NCBI RefSeq assembly: GCF_006345805.1
Contig: NC_043010.1
Coordinates: 21,142,001 to 21,206,000 of the forward strand
DNA length: 64,000 nt
Reading direction: 5' to 3'
From: Octopus sinensis
Lineage: Eukaryota
Shown one piece after another: positions 22,881-36,033 of this stretch. Both the position numbers and the translations under genes were made by a program. Position 1 is the stretch's first letter; every line of letters begins with the position of its first letter. The notes below the pieces were generated by a model. It was not told the origin of the DNA, searched no databases, and saw nothing but the letters and a program-made list of their open reading frames with translations.

Positions 22881-23314
22881 GTTATACGAGTCTGTCACAA
22901 CAAAACGTGTGCTATTTGGTTTACAATTGCATTTGATAATTTCACCAATGGACATTTAATGCATTAAGAACTAATTAAATAGAAGCATGTTCGGTAACCT
23001 TGATGAAGGATTTAATTGAAGTACAAAAGTAGATTATACAATTTCGCTATACAGATATTTCACATGCCGTCCAGAAGAGTTTATTGTTGTATCTCTAACT
23101 TACATATCATCCGTAGTTATACTTGGTTATAATATCAACGCAGTTACCCGTTTAGCGAGTATTTTAGATAATCCAAACTATGTGGTTGTCTCCCTTGAAG
23201 AATTAATTGTTACGTTCATGTTTATTCCACCCCGTCCCGGGGGTAATTTTAATCAACTAAAATGTCTTGTTTCAAAAGGTTATATTAACATCGATTTCAC
23301 TGTGTTGCTTAAAT

Positions 23315-23620
23315 AGGCGCAGGAGTGGCTGTGTGGTAAGTAGGTTGCTTACCAACTACATGGTTCCGGGTTCAGTCCCACGCAGTGGGACCTTGGGCAA
23401 GTGTCTTCTTCTGAAAGAAGTCCGTCGTATGTATGTATGTATGTATGTATGTATGTATGTATGTATGTATGTATGTATGTATGTATGTATGTATGTATGT
23501 ATGTATGTATGTATGTGTTTATTTGTATGTGCTTGTTCCCTCATCATCGCTTGACAACCGATTTGTTCGATTAAAGGCGGTGCTCCAGCATGGCCGCAAC
23601 AAATAACAAAATAAAAGAAT
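23315..23620 (+). mobile_element. SINE family B, full head, with internal (TATG)n
   Basis: GGAGTGGCTGTGTGGTAAG..GGTTCAGTCCCA..ACCTTGGGCAAGTGTCTTCT; tail GGCGGTGCTCCAGCATGGCC. Confidence 0.85.
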
Positions 23621-23644
23621 ATACGTTAATCGCTGTCAAAGTGT

Positions 23645-23900
23645 GAAGGCGTATGACTTAATGGTTAGTGTGTTTTGTTCAATAAGACACTTTATTTCAC
23701 GTTGCTCCAGTCCACTCAGCTGGCAAAAATGAGTTGTACCAAAGGGCCATCATTGTGGTATCCGGTGCAGTCTGAATCTCTGGAAGAACTACATTAAGGG
23801 TACGCTTGTTTGTGGAGAGCTCAGCCACTACTTGCACGTTAATATTTCTCAAGCAGGCTGTTCTGTCGTTCAGAATGACGGAGTACCATTTAACCATTGT
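23645..23900 (+). mobile_element. SINE family C, degenerate
   Basis: CACTTTATTTCACGTTGCTCCAGTCCACTCAGCTGGCAAAAATGAGTTGTACC, with the same tail as the 2775 copy. Confidence 0.8.
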
Positions 23901-25721
23901 CACAACCCAACCATAGCATGAAATTACATAACAACCTACAAATACTTATTCAAAGCAACCCTTTCTCTTAAAATAGCTGCTTCCCAGTGGTTAATACATA
24001 TAGTTATTAGTGATTCAGGTTTATCGATGGAATTTCTCGGTCATCGCTCGGACTTCAAGAAATAACAACTAGATCTCTTTCTAATCCCAACACAGAACAG
24101 AATATTCTTCATTTAAGGCGCTTTAACGCGGTTTGGTACAATTCGAGCTGCTATTTCTTGAATGTCGGTTAAGCACGTAGAAGTGCTTTCGTGATACTGG
24201 TTTCAAAATTTGGTACAAGGCCAGCAATTTCGGGCAAAGGAGGTGGGACAGTCGATTGCATCGACCCCAGTGTACAACTGGTACTTACTTTATTGACCCC
24301 AGTGTTCAACTGGTGCTTACTCTATCGACTCCGAAAAGAGGAAAAACCAAGGTTGACCTCGGCGGAATTTGAACTCAGAACATAAAGACAGACGAGATGC
24401 CGCTAAGAATGTTTCCGACACTCTAACGAGTTTGCCAGCTCGTCGCCTTGTGCTTTTATTATATTAAACATGTAAAATATATGACTTAAAACTTAGTTAT
24501 CTATCAGTAATATAATTTTCTAATGCAGGCTCTCAAAGTCTGAAATTTTGCAGGGAGAAAGATTAATCGATATTTTGATCCCTGTATCGAACTGGTACTT
24601 TGTTTTATCGATTTCGAAAAGATGGAGAGCAAATTTAATCGTGGTCGGATTTGAACTCAGAATATATAACCACAAGGTATTTTGTCCGACGCTCTACTGA
24701 TTCTGCAATGATAATGGCAACTGATTTCTAACAAGTGATGCACCGAGACCGTCTTTAATAAATTCCAGTGTTAGATAACATTAAAAGCGTATATCGGACA
24801 TTGGATATGAATAGAAGAGAAAAAAAATGAAAGACGCCAACAATAGATTTCTATAACGTAGCACAATATTTCGAAATGTATAGGAAAATGATTTTTACAA
24901 AAGTGAACAATAATTTGAAAGAAAGTTTCGATAAAAGATTATTTTAAGAACATTAATGTAATCTTAGTGGAATATTGTTGTAGACAGTATATGGACGTAA
25001 CTTCTGTTGCTGTGTACATTGATTTCCGTCTTTATTTTATTCTGAAAAATAATAAGAAAGAAAATATCTCATTTATATCACCAAGATTTGCATTCTTATT
25101 GTTTAATTTCAAAACTATTTGCCAGAATTAAATATCCACACGTCACAAAGAGTTATGGGATTTGTAAATTAAATAAGTTAATTCAGGTGGGTGGGTGGGG
25201 AAGCGTCTAATTACTCTATGTAAATGCATTGAACGACAATAAAAACGAAATACATTAAAAAAATGTTAAAGAATTAGACAATATGAGACCAAAATGAAGA
25301 TAGATGTTAGGTTATATGTATTAGCAACACCATTGTAAATTTACAAGCTACACAAATACATCGAAAATACGGTCAGCAAATAAATAAATAAAGAAATGAA
25401 GTCTTTTCAAAAAAACATGTTCAGATATTGTATTTCAACAGTAACGGAATACCATTAATTCTTTGGAATGTATTTTTAAAATGTTCAGAAAATTGGTTGT
25501 TCTAATGCGTCTGACAACGCACCAGACCTCTATACAATGCAAGTTATTTATGTTAGTTTCATGCGTTGCTATTATTTAGTTCGGCATATCTTACCGTTTT
25601 TTTCTAATGTTTACTGCAGGTTTTTTTTCTTTTACTATATGTTTGTATTATAGCTATGACTGTTCGCTATACTTTTTCTTTCTTTCATTTATGGAAGTTT
25701 TAATGTTACGTATAGCACGCC

Positions 25722-26075
25722 GGGCGAAATGTTTAGCGCTATTTCGTCTGCCACTACGTTCTGAGTTCAAATTCCACTGCAGTCGACTTTGCCTTTCATC
25801 CTTTCGGGGTCGATAGATTAAATACCAGTTGCGCACTGGGGTCGATGTAATCGACTTGATCCGTTTGTCTGTCCTTGTTTGTCCCCTCTGGGTAGTAAAA
25901 AAAATAGGTATTTCGTCTGCCGCTACGTTCTGAGTTCAAATTCCGCCGACGTTGACTTTGCCTTTCATCCTTTCGCGGTCGATAAATTAAGCACCAGTTG
26001 TGTATTGGGGTCGATTTAATCGACTGGCCTCCTTCCCCAAAATTTCTGGCTTTGTGCCTAGAGTAGAAAAGAAAA
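25722..26075 (+). mobile_element. SINE family A dimer
   Basis: Same junction (AAATA|GGTATTTCGTCTG) as the other dimers. Confidence 0.85.
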
Positions 26076-26694
26076 GAATCTTACGTATAGCTTCGAAGTA
26101 GTAGGAACCTCATAAACATACGCCCAACTTGTAAATACACGCACGCGCGCGCGCATGGCTTCGGGTTCGGTCCCACTGCATCTTCGGCAAGTAGCGTTTA
26201 TAATAGCCCAACCAAAACTTTGTGAATGGATTTTGTACACGGAAACTGAGAGAAACCTGAGAAGGCGGCGAGCTGGCAGAATCGTTAGCACGCTGGGTGA
26301 AATGCTTAGCGGTATTTCGTCTGCCGTTACGTTCTGAGTTCAAATTCCGCCGAGGTTGACTTTGCCTTTCAGCTCTTATGTTTAGCCCCTTGTGGTCAAT
26401 AAAGAAATAGGAAACTGAGAGAAGCCTGTCTCATGTGCGTGTGTATGTGTGTGGCGGGGATGCGTTTGAGTGAGTTTGTTTCTCCTTGCTCTTGCGTCCT
26501 GCGATACCAGCGGTCGTTCGTTTGAAATGTTCTTTGGAAACATGTCTGGTCATACGGAAATATTACTTGGCTTGGAAACAGAGTGGGAGTTAGCGACAGG
26601 AAGAGCATCTCGTCGTAGGAGATCTTCTTAACTCAACGAATTCCGTCTGACTCAGATGCATAGGAAATTGGACATAAAAATGACTGAGTATTGT

Positions 26695-27060
26695 GCAGGT
26701 GTGGCTGTGTGGTAAGAAGTTTCCTTGCCAACCACACTGTTCCAGGTTCAGTTCAACTGCGTAGCACTTTGGGCAAGTGTCATTTACTACAACTCCTGTG
26801 TGTGTGTGTGTGTGTGTGTATGTGTGTGTGTGTGTGTGTCTGTGTGTTTCCATGCATTTTTGTGTCTGCGTTTGTACCCCCACCAAAGCTTGACAACGAT
26901 GTTGTTGTGCTTATGTCTCTGTAACTTAGCGGTTCGGCACTAGAGAACGATAGATTAAGAACTAGGCTTACAAAGAATAAGGCCTGGGGTCGATTTGTTC
27001 GATTAAAGGCGGTGCTCCAGTATGGCCGCAGTCAAATAGCTGAAACAAGTAAAAGAATAC
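26695..27060 (+). mobile_element. SINE family B, near full length, with internal (TG)n
   Basis: Head, CORE-like block, microsatellite and tail are all present. Confidence 0.85.
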
Positions 27061-27150
27061 TAGAAGAGAATATATATATAAATATAGAGATGGTATTATT
27101 AAAATGCCGTCACGAGTAGCAAACGAATTATCAGCCGTACAGGCAAATTA

Positions 27151-27436
27151 ATAAAATATATACATACAATATTAGATATGTACATATATACACAAGGGCA
27201 TTATATGAGCACCTACATCGCTGTGCCACCGAATAGTCACAAGTTTACTACAGACATGATAGCAAGGCAAGACGTTATTATTGTTCACTGAATTTTTTTC
27301 TATCATGCCTGTAGTAGATTTGTCACTATTCGGTGGCATAAAAGTATTTTTGAGTTCTATTTTTAGCGATGTAGGTGCTCATGTAGTGTCCTTGTGTACA
27401 TATGTACATATCTAATATTGTATGTATATATTTTAT
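27151..27436. mobile_element. Fold-back / MITE-like element, about 286 bp
   Basis: Arms ATAAAATATATACATACAATATTAGATATGTACATAT..GAGCACCTACATCGCT and GCCACCGAATAGT..TACTACAG.CATGATAG are mirrored on the right with a 25-bp insertion. Confidence 0.65.
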
Positions 27437-28849
27437 ATATATAGATATATGGTGAACAACTGGCTAGCAGGCTAGTAGTAAGAATTAAGGAGTGGTGTTT
27501 TGGGTCCAATCGCGGGTCAAAAACAAAGAGGTATGTGTGTGTGCGTGTATGGATATGTATCGTGTGTGTGTTTTGTTTGTAGTATGTGTGTGTGTGTGTA
27601 TGTGTGTGTTTTTGTGTGTATGCGTGGAGTTTGGGTGTGTGGCGAGTAACTGTGCTTAACTTAGTGTATGTGTGCGTGTGTGCTTGTACGTGCGTGTGTG
27701 TGTATATATATATGTATAATTGTGTGCGTGTATGTATGTGTGTGCGTGTATGTATGGTTGTGTGCCGTGTGTATGGGATGTATGTGTGTATGGGATGTAT
27801 GTGTGTGTGTTTGTGTGTATGTATGTGCGTGTAGTTGTGTGTACGTGTATGTGTGCGTTTGTATGTGTGTGTGTGTAAGCGTATATGGATGTATATGCGT
27901 GTATCCGTGGGGTTGTGAGTTTTTTTCGCGCGTGTGCGTGCGTATGTGTGCGCATGTTTTGGTGTGCGTATGTATGTGTGTGTCTGTGCTTATATGTGTG
28001 TACGTATGTGTATGTGTGCGTGCCCGTGTAGGTATATATTGTGTGTATGTATATGTGTCGGTGTGTATGTGAATTAGTGTGTGTTTGTACGTGTGTATGT
28101 GTGTATGCGTGTTTCTCAACCTTATCATTTCGGGCCCCCTGTTTCGATTGGAACCTCCAGCTGGATGAAAATTTCATGACCCCAACCCGTCAGAAAACAG
28201 CTTCTAAGAAACTGGTTGTTTTAATGACGGAAGAAAGAGGGGAATTCCATTAGAAAAAAATTTCATCGATTTTCTCGGTAAGTATGGGGCTAGGGGAAAA
28301 CTACAAACTGTATTCCAATCTATGCATTCATCTCCACATGTGTGCTATTTTTCACGTGAATCCACCCAGCCGTTTGGCTGTGTACCTCAAGAAAAGAAAG
28401 AATACAACGATCGCCCATGTCCAATTTAAATTATAGATATATAGGTGTAAAAAGGTTGAATGTAGATTCGTCCTTTAATTTTGGAGGTTTCCAAAAGAGA
28501 TTTCAATTGCTGATTCTTCATATTTTGCTGGTAGTTTACCGGTGTAAATTTGCGAAGGTATGAAAGTAATATGTGGGGAATTTATGTCAAGAAGTCCCAT
28601 AAAACTCATCGATTTATTTTAAAATGGAGGAGACAAGTGGCTAAAATATATAAAAAGCTTATCGCACAGTCTGATAAAACTGGACATCTATACAATCTAG
28701 ACATAGGTCTATACCATAATCTACAACACAAAAAAATTACAAAGAAATATAAAATAATATAGAAAGATTTTTTAAATCTATTAATATTAAAACCAAATAA
28801 GTAGTGAATACCGAATTGACGACGTAACTGAAGTATATATATATATAAA

Positions 28850-29050
28850 GGGAAAGTTTACGAAAATAAGCAAAAGACGAAGGCGGGTGGAGTACAAACA
28901 AACAAATGTATTAGTATAGCGCTCAGGAATAGAAAAAGTCTTTTACGTTTAGAGCCTACGCTCTTAGAAAGATACACAGAAAAAAACAAGGAGAGAAAAA
29001 AAGGAGGGAAAAAAATGCGTGTAGGAGCTAACGATCTATCATGGCGTCCT
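28850..29050 (-). mobile_element. PLE-type terminal-repeat fragment (family D); hammerhead core deleted
   Basis: Homologous to 7200-7390; minus strand CTTTCT-AAGAGCGTAGGCTCTAAACGTAAAAG lacks GTTG of the core. Confidence 0.55.
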
Positions 29051-29199
29051 GGCTTCGGACAGTGGTCAGACGCGAGAGGGACAGTAGGGGAGATAACAGG
29101 GTCAAGTGACTTCCAATACGAAGGTGCCCCCAACACAAAGGTGCGTGTGTGTATAAGAGAGTATGTATGTGCGTGTGAAAGAGGGCTGGTGGTCTGGAC

Positions 29200-29627
29200 G
29201 TGTGTGTGTATGTATGTGTGAGTGTGGAGATGTGGGGATGGGTGTGTGGGTGGTGTGTTGTGATGGGATATGTGTATGTATGTGTAGGTGTAAAGATGTG
29301 GGGATGGGTGTGTGGGTGGTGTGCTGTGGGTGGTGTGTTGTGATGGGATATGTGTATGTATGTGTAGGTGTAAAGATGTGGGGATGGGTGTGTGGGTGGT
29401 GTGCTGTGGGTGGTGTGTTGTGATGTGATGTGTAATGTAATGTTGTATGGTGTAGTGTAGTGTGGTGTGATGTGATACACGTGACAGGTAATTGCAGCTG
29501 CAATTGTTTCTGTACCACACTGTTTTAACACTAATTCACTGAAGAGTTCCATATGAAAGATAACGGTAAACAAAGGATAATTCATCCATCCATTTACATA
29601 AATATATACACACGTACATACATGTAT

Positions 29628-29684
<57 letters not shown>

Positions 29685-29770
29685 CACACACGTGACAGGT
29701 AATTGCAGCTGCAATTGTTTCTGCACCACGCTGTTTTAACGCCAATTCACTCAAGAGTTCCATGTGAAAA
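29200..29770. repeat. GT-rich minisatellite (about 76-bp unit) followed by a tandem duplication with about 210-bp period
   Basis: GATGGGATATGTGTATGTATGTGTAGGTGTAAAGATGTGGGGATGG repeated; CACGTGACAGGTAATTGCAGCTGCAATTGTTTCTG at about 29478 and 29689. Confidence 0.85.
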
Positions 29771-30225
29771 GTTACATAATATTTCCAGTTTTAAACTTTA
29801 GGGTGCCACTTCGTCAGACTTGCATCAAAGGTGCGCCCTTATATAGTGCATCCGCCAAGCGTTGTGTTTTATTAGTATCGGGGAAAAAACAAGTGCAGGT
29901 AAAGATAAAAATGAAAATAAAATTGTGAAATGACGGACAGGGCAATTAGAACGTGAATAGAATTTTAAAAACAAAGTGATACAGAAACAATTCTAACTGC
30001 TCATTAAAGTTGTGTTAAAGTGTTTCGTTGTCTTTCTATTTAGATTATTTTTTACTCTTCGCTAAATTCACACATTAGTTTTACAGATGTGACATCCGGT
30101 TTTTCTACACTTTTTCTAACTTAAGCCTACAATTCAAGAGATGAGATAGCCAAAGGTCGGGTTCAGCTCTGCATTGGAAATACCACCATCTTTCTCACCT
30201 ATGTATGTATGTTGTGTATGTATGC

Positions 30226-30267
<42 letters not shown>

Positions 30268-30417
30268 TATTGGTGAATTGAAATATATAATATATATATA
30301 TATTATATATATATATATATAATATATATATATATTATATATTATATATATATATATATATAATATATATATATATATATACATTATATATATAACATAT
30401 ATATATATACGCATACA

Positions 30418-30493
<76 letters not shown>

Positions 30494-31784
30494 CGAGGGG
30501 CGTTCAATAAGTAATGCCCCTGACCCACTTCCCATAGCAGTAGAGCAACGAAACTTGGCACAGCTATTAGTCTTTTTCTACATAGGAACCACCCAGAGTT
30601 ACGCATTTCTCCCATCGTTTGATGCGGCTATGGAGACCGTTTTTGTAGAAGAACCCAGCTTGGTCCTCCAACCTCAACGTGACTTCAGAAATCAAGGCTG
30701 CATCATCTGGGAAACGCTTTCCTTTCAAAAACAACTTCATGATTGGGAAGAGGTGAAAATCAGAGGGTGCAAGGTCAGGAAAGTAGTGGGGATGGGGAGG
30801 AGTTCATAGTCATACGCCTGTGCTTCTGATCTAGCGACAAGCGAGTTGTGAACCGGAGCCTTGTCCTGCAGGAAGAGGATGCCTTTGCTGATCTTGCCCC
30901 GCCTCTTGATTTTGATAGCTTCTCTTAATTTCCTCAAAAGTGAAGCATAATAGGCTCCTGCAATTGTGGTACCCTTTGCCAGGAAATCTGTCATCACTAC
31001 TCCGTCCTGGTCCCAGAAGACTGTGAGCATGACCATGCCAGCGGAGGGCTGCACCCTTGCCTTCTTTGGAGGGGGTGAGTCACGGTGCTTCCACTGCATT
31101 GACTGGGCTTTGGTTTCTGGATCATCGTGATGGACTCAGGTTTCATCCTGTGTAATCAGTTTTTTGAAAAATTTTGACTCATCTTCTTGGCACATCTCCA
31201 AATTCACCCTCGAGCACTCGACGCGTTCTTGCTTCTGGAAAGACGTGAGCAACCTGGGAATCCATCTGGCAGACACCTTTTGCATATGCAAATGGTCATG
31301 AATGATAGTTTCCACAGACCTGGTACTAATCTTGACCTCATGGGCTATTTGGCGAATAATTATGGGTCGATCTTCCAAAATGGCAGCCTCAACTTGACGG
31401 ACAGATGCCTCATCAATGGCAGAAGGGGGCGACCAGATCTGGGAGCTGTTTCCACAGAGTTCCGACCATGTTTGAATTCACGATGCCAGCGTTTTACAAG
31501 GTCATATGATGGGGCATCATCACCATAAGTTACTTTCATTTCATCAAAAGTCTCCCGTGGTGTGCGTCCTTTCAAATACAAAAACCGGATCACTGCTCGA
31601 CACTCAACAGGCTCCATTTCACACTTGACTCGGTTCAAACACCTGTAAATCAGAAACCACAATTTGTTTAGAGCTGTAATTTGCCACTTACTCTATAGAC
31701 ATATAAATAATTGCACATGCAGAATTTCAGCTAGATCAAACAACTGCAAGTGGGTCAGAGGCATTACTTATTGAACGTCCCTCG
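30494..31784 (-). mobile_element. Full-length mariner (DD34D) DNA transposon, 1291 bp
   Basis: 37-bp TIR CGAGGG(G/A)CGTTCAATAAGTAATGCC(C/T)CTGACCCACTT with 2 mismatches; TA TSD at 30492-30493 and 31785-31786; inserted in (TGTA)n. Confidence 0.95.
30567..31617 (-). pseudogene. Mariner transposase with two frameshifts and one premature stop
   Basis: MEPVECRAVIRFL..RSGRP, WIPRLL, TQDET*(W)VH, QDKAPVH, HPHYFPDLAPSDFHLF; D-to-D spacing 34 after repair. Confidence 0.93.
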
Positions 31785-32171
31785 TATGTATGTATATATA
31801 TATATATATGTATATTATCCGAAATGTATAGTATTAAATATTTATCAAGCCGGATCTTAGCAATCAGTTTCGCATTAAGAAAACAATGGAGTGTTAGATA
31901 ACAATCCGATTATAAAACTTTACTCTCACCAGAGTTAGCTGCTATTGCCTCCAATGAAATAATACCAGCTTTGTTGTTTAATTATATGAAGACGCCAAGT
32001 TCTTTTGCTGCTTTTCTTTATCTGACAATACTGGTTCTTGTAGGTGGCCGTTTGACATGCTAGAATTAACGCTGATATTTTCTGGCAAGCACACTATATC
32101 CTCTTTATTAAAGGAGACATTGGACAAAGCAAATCCACAGATGCCAAATGGTAAAAAAGGAAACCCATCTT

Positions 32172-32276
32172 TCAGACTTGCTCTGGGACTGTATAACATG
32201 AAGACGTACAGTAGCAACAGCAACAACCACAATCTATATATTTTGTGGTATGCACCAGTTTTTGTTCGATTCCTCT
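32172..32276 (-). CDS. Candidate terminal coding exon of an unidentified gene: RGIEQKLVHTTKYIDCGCCCCYCTSSCYTVPEQV*
   Basis: Acceptor TTTTTAATTACATCTAG; phase 0 matches the upstream candidate exon; AATAAA at 32104-32109; lies in a repeat-poor 2.6-kb island; no homolog recognised. Confidence 0.4.
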   Translation of the reverse strand, partial: RGIEQKLVHTTKYIDCGCCCCYCTSSCYTVPEQV

Positions 32277-32805
32277 CTAGATGTAATTAAAAAGCGATGT
32301 GTGTCAATGCCGTTTGCGAAGCAACCATTGAAATGAGAAGCAATTTTTTTCGCTTTGTTTTCTTCCTTTTTTCTTTTACTCACAAAGATCTTATCTATTC
32401 TTAGCTGTTATCAACACCTTTTTGTAAAAAATTGTGACGCTACAAAGTTTAGCTGTCGTGAACAATACATAGGTGTAACGTTGAAGTAATAACAACGTGC
32501 GTTTCAGCTCAGGTATCTAGGCTTCTCTTCTACGTTCTTTGTTTTCACTTAAAAAAATAATCTCTATTTCTTTTTAAATTTCACTTAAATTTATCTTTGA
32601 TATATTTTCCCCCTTTTACACAAACATAAAATAACATTTTTCATCTCAATGCTACTTTGAGGGGTGGGGGTAAAAATCTAGCTTCTAATTACTGTCGGTA
32701 GTATATAATGAGAAACGTTCAGCAAATAAAAGTTGATTTGCTTTCATATATTTCAATATTCTCTAACCCTGTATTTGCGAAATGTGTGAAAGAAAAATTA
32801 AACAC

Positions 32806-32884
32806 CTTTGTTTGCATTCTTATTTTCACTTTCTTAGGCTTTTTCTCTTCGCCTTCTATCACTCTCCTCTCTATATAATAGCAC
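32806..32884 (-). CDS. Candidate internal coding exon, 79 nt, phase 2 to 0: CYYIERRVIEGEEKKPKKVKIRMQTK
   Basis: T-rich acceptor ending GTGTCAG; donor AAG|GTGTTT (weak); protein-like composition. Confidence 0.4.
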
Positions 32885-34495
32885 CTGACACTTGTGAACA
32901 TGTAAAATAAATATCAAAGATTAACTGTTCGCTTAACTTACTTAAATATGTTATCAGGAAGGTGTAACTTCCACACTTTAAATTAAGTATGACAATTGAA
33001 ATTAGCAATAATTCTTTTTGCTTTCTTTTTCTTGTCTCTGGTGAATTAAATAAAAGTCTTGCAACATCGACATAACGAGATGATAAATTCTGTAAGCGTA
33101 CAGAATTATTTATAATTTAAAATATAGGCAGATATTACAGAAGGGTACACGGCTTCTAAGAGATGTAAAACATACGAGTACACTACACTAGAAAGCTGCG
33201 TTAGGTTAATAGGCCGTGAACATATGAGATTGATGATGGTCGCTGGAAAAGGAAAGGGTTAAAGACAGGGGAACGCATACGCACTTTAGTAAGATACACA
33301 TATACACAGATAGGTAATAGAGATAAGAAGGAATAAGGTTTTAGGAGTGGTGATTAATGTAAATATTAGAAATGGTTGCTGTCAGGTTTCATAACATCAA
33401 TGTTATTGTGATGACGGCTAACGCTGGTTCCATTAGTTTTATTCCTTTCACCGTTCTTAGTGGCTTTGTCACTATCGACATTGTTGAAATGAGTTAAATG
33501 GATCTCGAGCGAAAGAAATTAGAATTGATGAATGAAGAATAATATGACATTAGAAATAAAGCGGAGAAGGAGGAATGGAACCGAGAAAGACGACTCGGAA
33601 TAATAGAAAATAAGAAATAAAAGTGACTTCTTAATGACATGTTCAGTGATATTTCTTTCGTTGGAAATGAGTTCTAAATCTATTTCGTCTTATATAAAAT
33701 ATATCCGTGCACAAGAAGGAATTTTAAATGCGTAGCTGGATGTTTTGGCAACAATATCTCAATTGGAGGTATTAGTCCGAGCTTATAATTATATGTGAAT
33801 GCAAAATAACGACATTACATTTCTCTTTTCAAATAAGATGCAGATAGAAATATTTCGAGGTCTAATCCAAAGAGATGTGGTTACTTGTAAATAGTTTGTC
33901 TGTTTTCTTTTTTCATTACTTTTGGGGTATTGGGGAAACGGCAACTCAGCAACGTTGCAATCAGCCATCAATTTTACGCGGTTAATTTATAGTCGCGAGG
34001 AAAATTGCGTTCATGAGACGGAATAGGAGAAATGGCTGGAAAGAAGAGAAAAACAATATCATCTGAGAAATATAGCTCTAATATTTAAGTGACATTATTC
34101 TAACGGAGAATCTTTTTCTATGATATCATGCACACATCCTACAATTTAGATATGTGTTCATGCAAGAGAGTTAATATCTAGATTAAGTGAATGAAGCTAT
34201 TAGTATAACGACAATTATTAATATTTTTCCTGCAAGCAGCGTTGCATTGAGTAATTGGCGAGTGATTTGTTAGCGTGCACTGTTATGATCAAATACCTGA
34301 ATGATGAATAAATGTCGAGATGCCTGTATGTCTGTAATGAATTATTGTTAATAAGATTGTAATTTTTCGGATTATTAACTTCACCTTTTAGACATTACGA
34401 CATTGGTTTGAGGGTGTGTGTGTGAATGTGTGTGTGTGTGCGCGCGCATTTGTGTTCTGAACACACGCGCAAGCACACACACACATATATGTCCG

Positions 34496-34560
<65 letters not shown>

Positions 34561-34575
34561 ATATATATATGTATG

Positions 34576-34644
<69 letters not shown>

Positions 34645-34661
34645 ATATATATATATGTATA

Positions 34662-34706
<45 letters not shown>

Positions 34707-34733
34707 TATATATATATACATACATATATATAT

Positions 34734-34799
<66 letters not shown>

Positions 34800-34992
34800 C
34801 GCGTGCACTTCATCAGATATGTGAAGAGGTAGAAGTTTCTACATCCATGAAACTTAAAATAATTTGGATTTGAGTCAAACTATTGTTAAATATGTGTATA
34901 TGTATGCATGAATGTATGTATGCATGTGTGTGTGTTTGTATGTATATATGCATGCGTATATATAACTACTTATACACACTCCGTTTTCATCA

Positions 34993-35650
34993 GCTTGTTA
35001 TGTAATCATTGTCAGGTGTCTCATTCGAAGATAGCTACATAATACTGAACTGGCCCCTATATTCATAAACTATGGCGAGTAACGACGCTCTTATGCAACA
35101 GGCCACCGAGGCATATATAAACAATCTACTCCAGTGCTATGTATAACACAACAGGGTCCAGTCCTTGTTGCGGTCTGATGGTTTGGCTTTCTAAAAAACC
35201 CCGAGAGCTACACCTGAGGAGCAGAAGCTCCTTCTAAAGTCTTCCATGCTGAATAAGTCAAAGGAGAAAGATCAGATTAATACGGATCACCTCTTCCGAC
35301 AGGTAGAAAAGGGATTGGTTAAGGGCTAAACCCCCTACCTACCATTGATGACAATTCAAAAGCAACAAATCCTGGGAGAAGAAAGCTTTCCTTAAGGGGA
35401 ACATATAACGCAATGCAGCAAAATCTGAAAGGGCATCACCATCCTGCGTTACACGTCAGGCCCTGACTTGGGACCCATTAGTGAGGTGGAATGTGCAGTC
35501 ACTAATAGTAACTGGGGGCAAGAAGATACTGAGGCAGGGCTGAAAAGTATAGATCCCGAGGAGCAGATGGACAGTCCAGAGACGAAAACAGTGGAGGAAA
35601 GTCGTCGATAGCGTAGACTACGAAGGAACAGAATAACTTAATGCCATGAC
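34993..35650 (+). mobile_element. Internally deleted (bipartite) RTE-type LINE derivative
   Basis: RTE-like 5' region (GGTTAAGGGCTAAACCCC); endonuclease start WNVQSLIVTGGKKIL at 35487; joined within about 60 nt to an RTE-like C-terminus QRRKQWRKVVDSV, stop at about 35634. Confidence 0.6.
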
Positions 35651-35769
35651 TGTACAATACATACATACATACATACATACATACATACATACATACATAC
35701 ATACTATGTATGTATTATGTAAGTATGTATGTATGTTTGTGTGCGTGTGTGTGTATATATACATGTATA

Positions 35770-36033
35770 TAGAATAAAAAATATATATGCGCCCTTTTAA
35801 AGTCTAGCCAGACTCATGGGTCCGGTTTCCCGGTTTCAATGGCGTATGTGTTCCCCAGTTGGACGGGACGCCAGTCCATCGCAGCGTTACTCATTTTTGC
35901 CAGCTGAGTGGACTGGAGCAACGTGAAATGAAGTGTTTTGCTCAAGAACACAACGCATTGCCCGGTCCAGGAATCGAAGCCACAATCTTACGATCATGAT
36001 GCTGACACCCTAACCACTAAGCCACGCGCCTCC
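35770..36033 (-). mobile_element. SINE family C with a different tail (GCGATGGACTGGCGTCCCGTCCA..)
   Basis: Head GCGCGTGGCTTAGTGGTTAGGGTG; shared body; tail unlike the 2775 copy. Confidence 0.85.
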
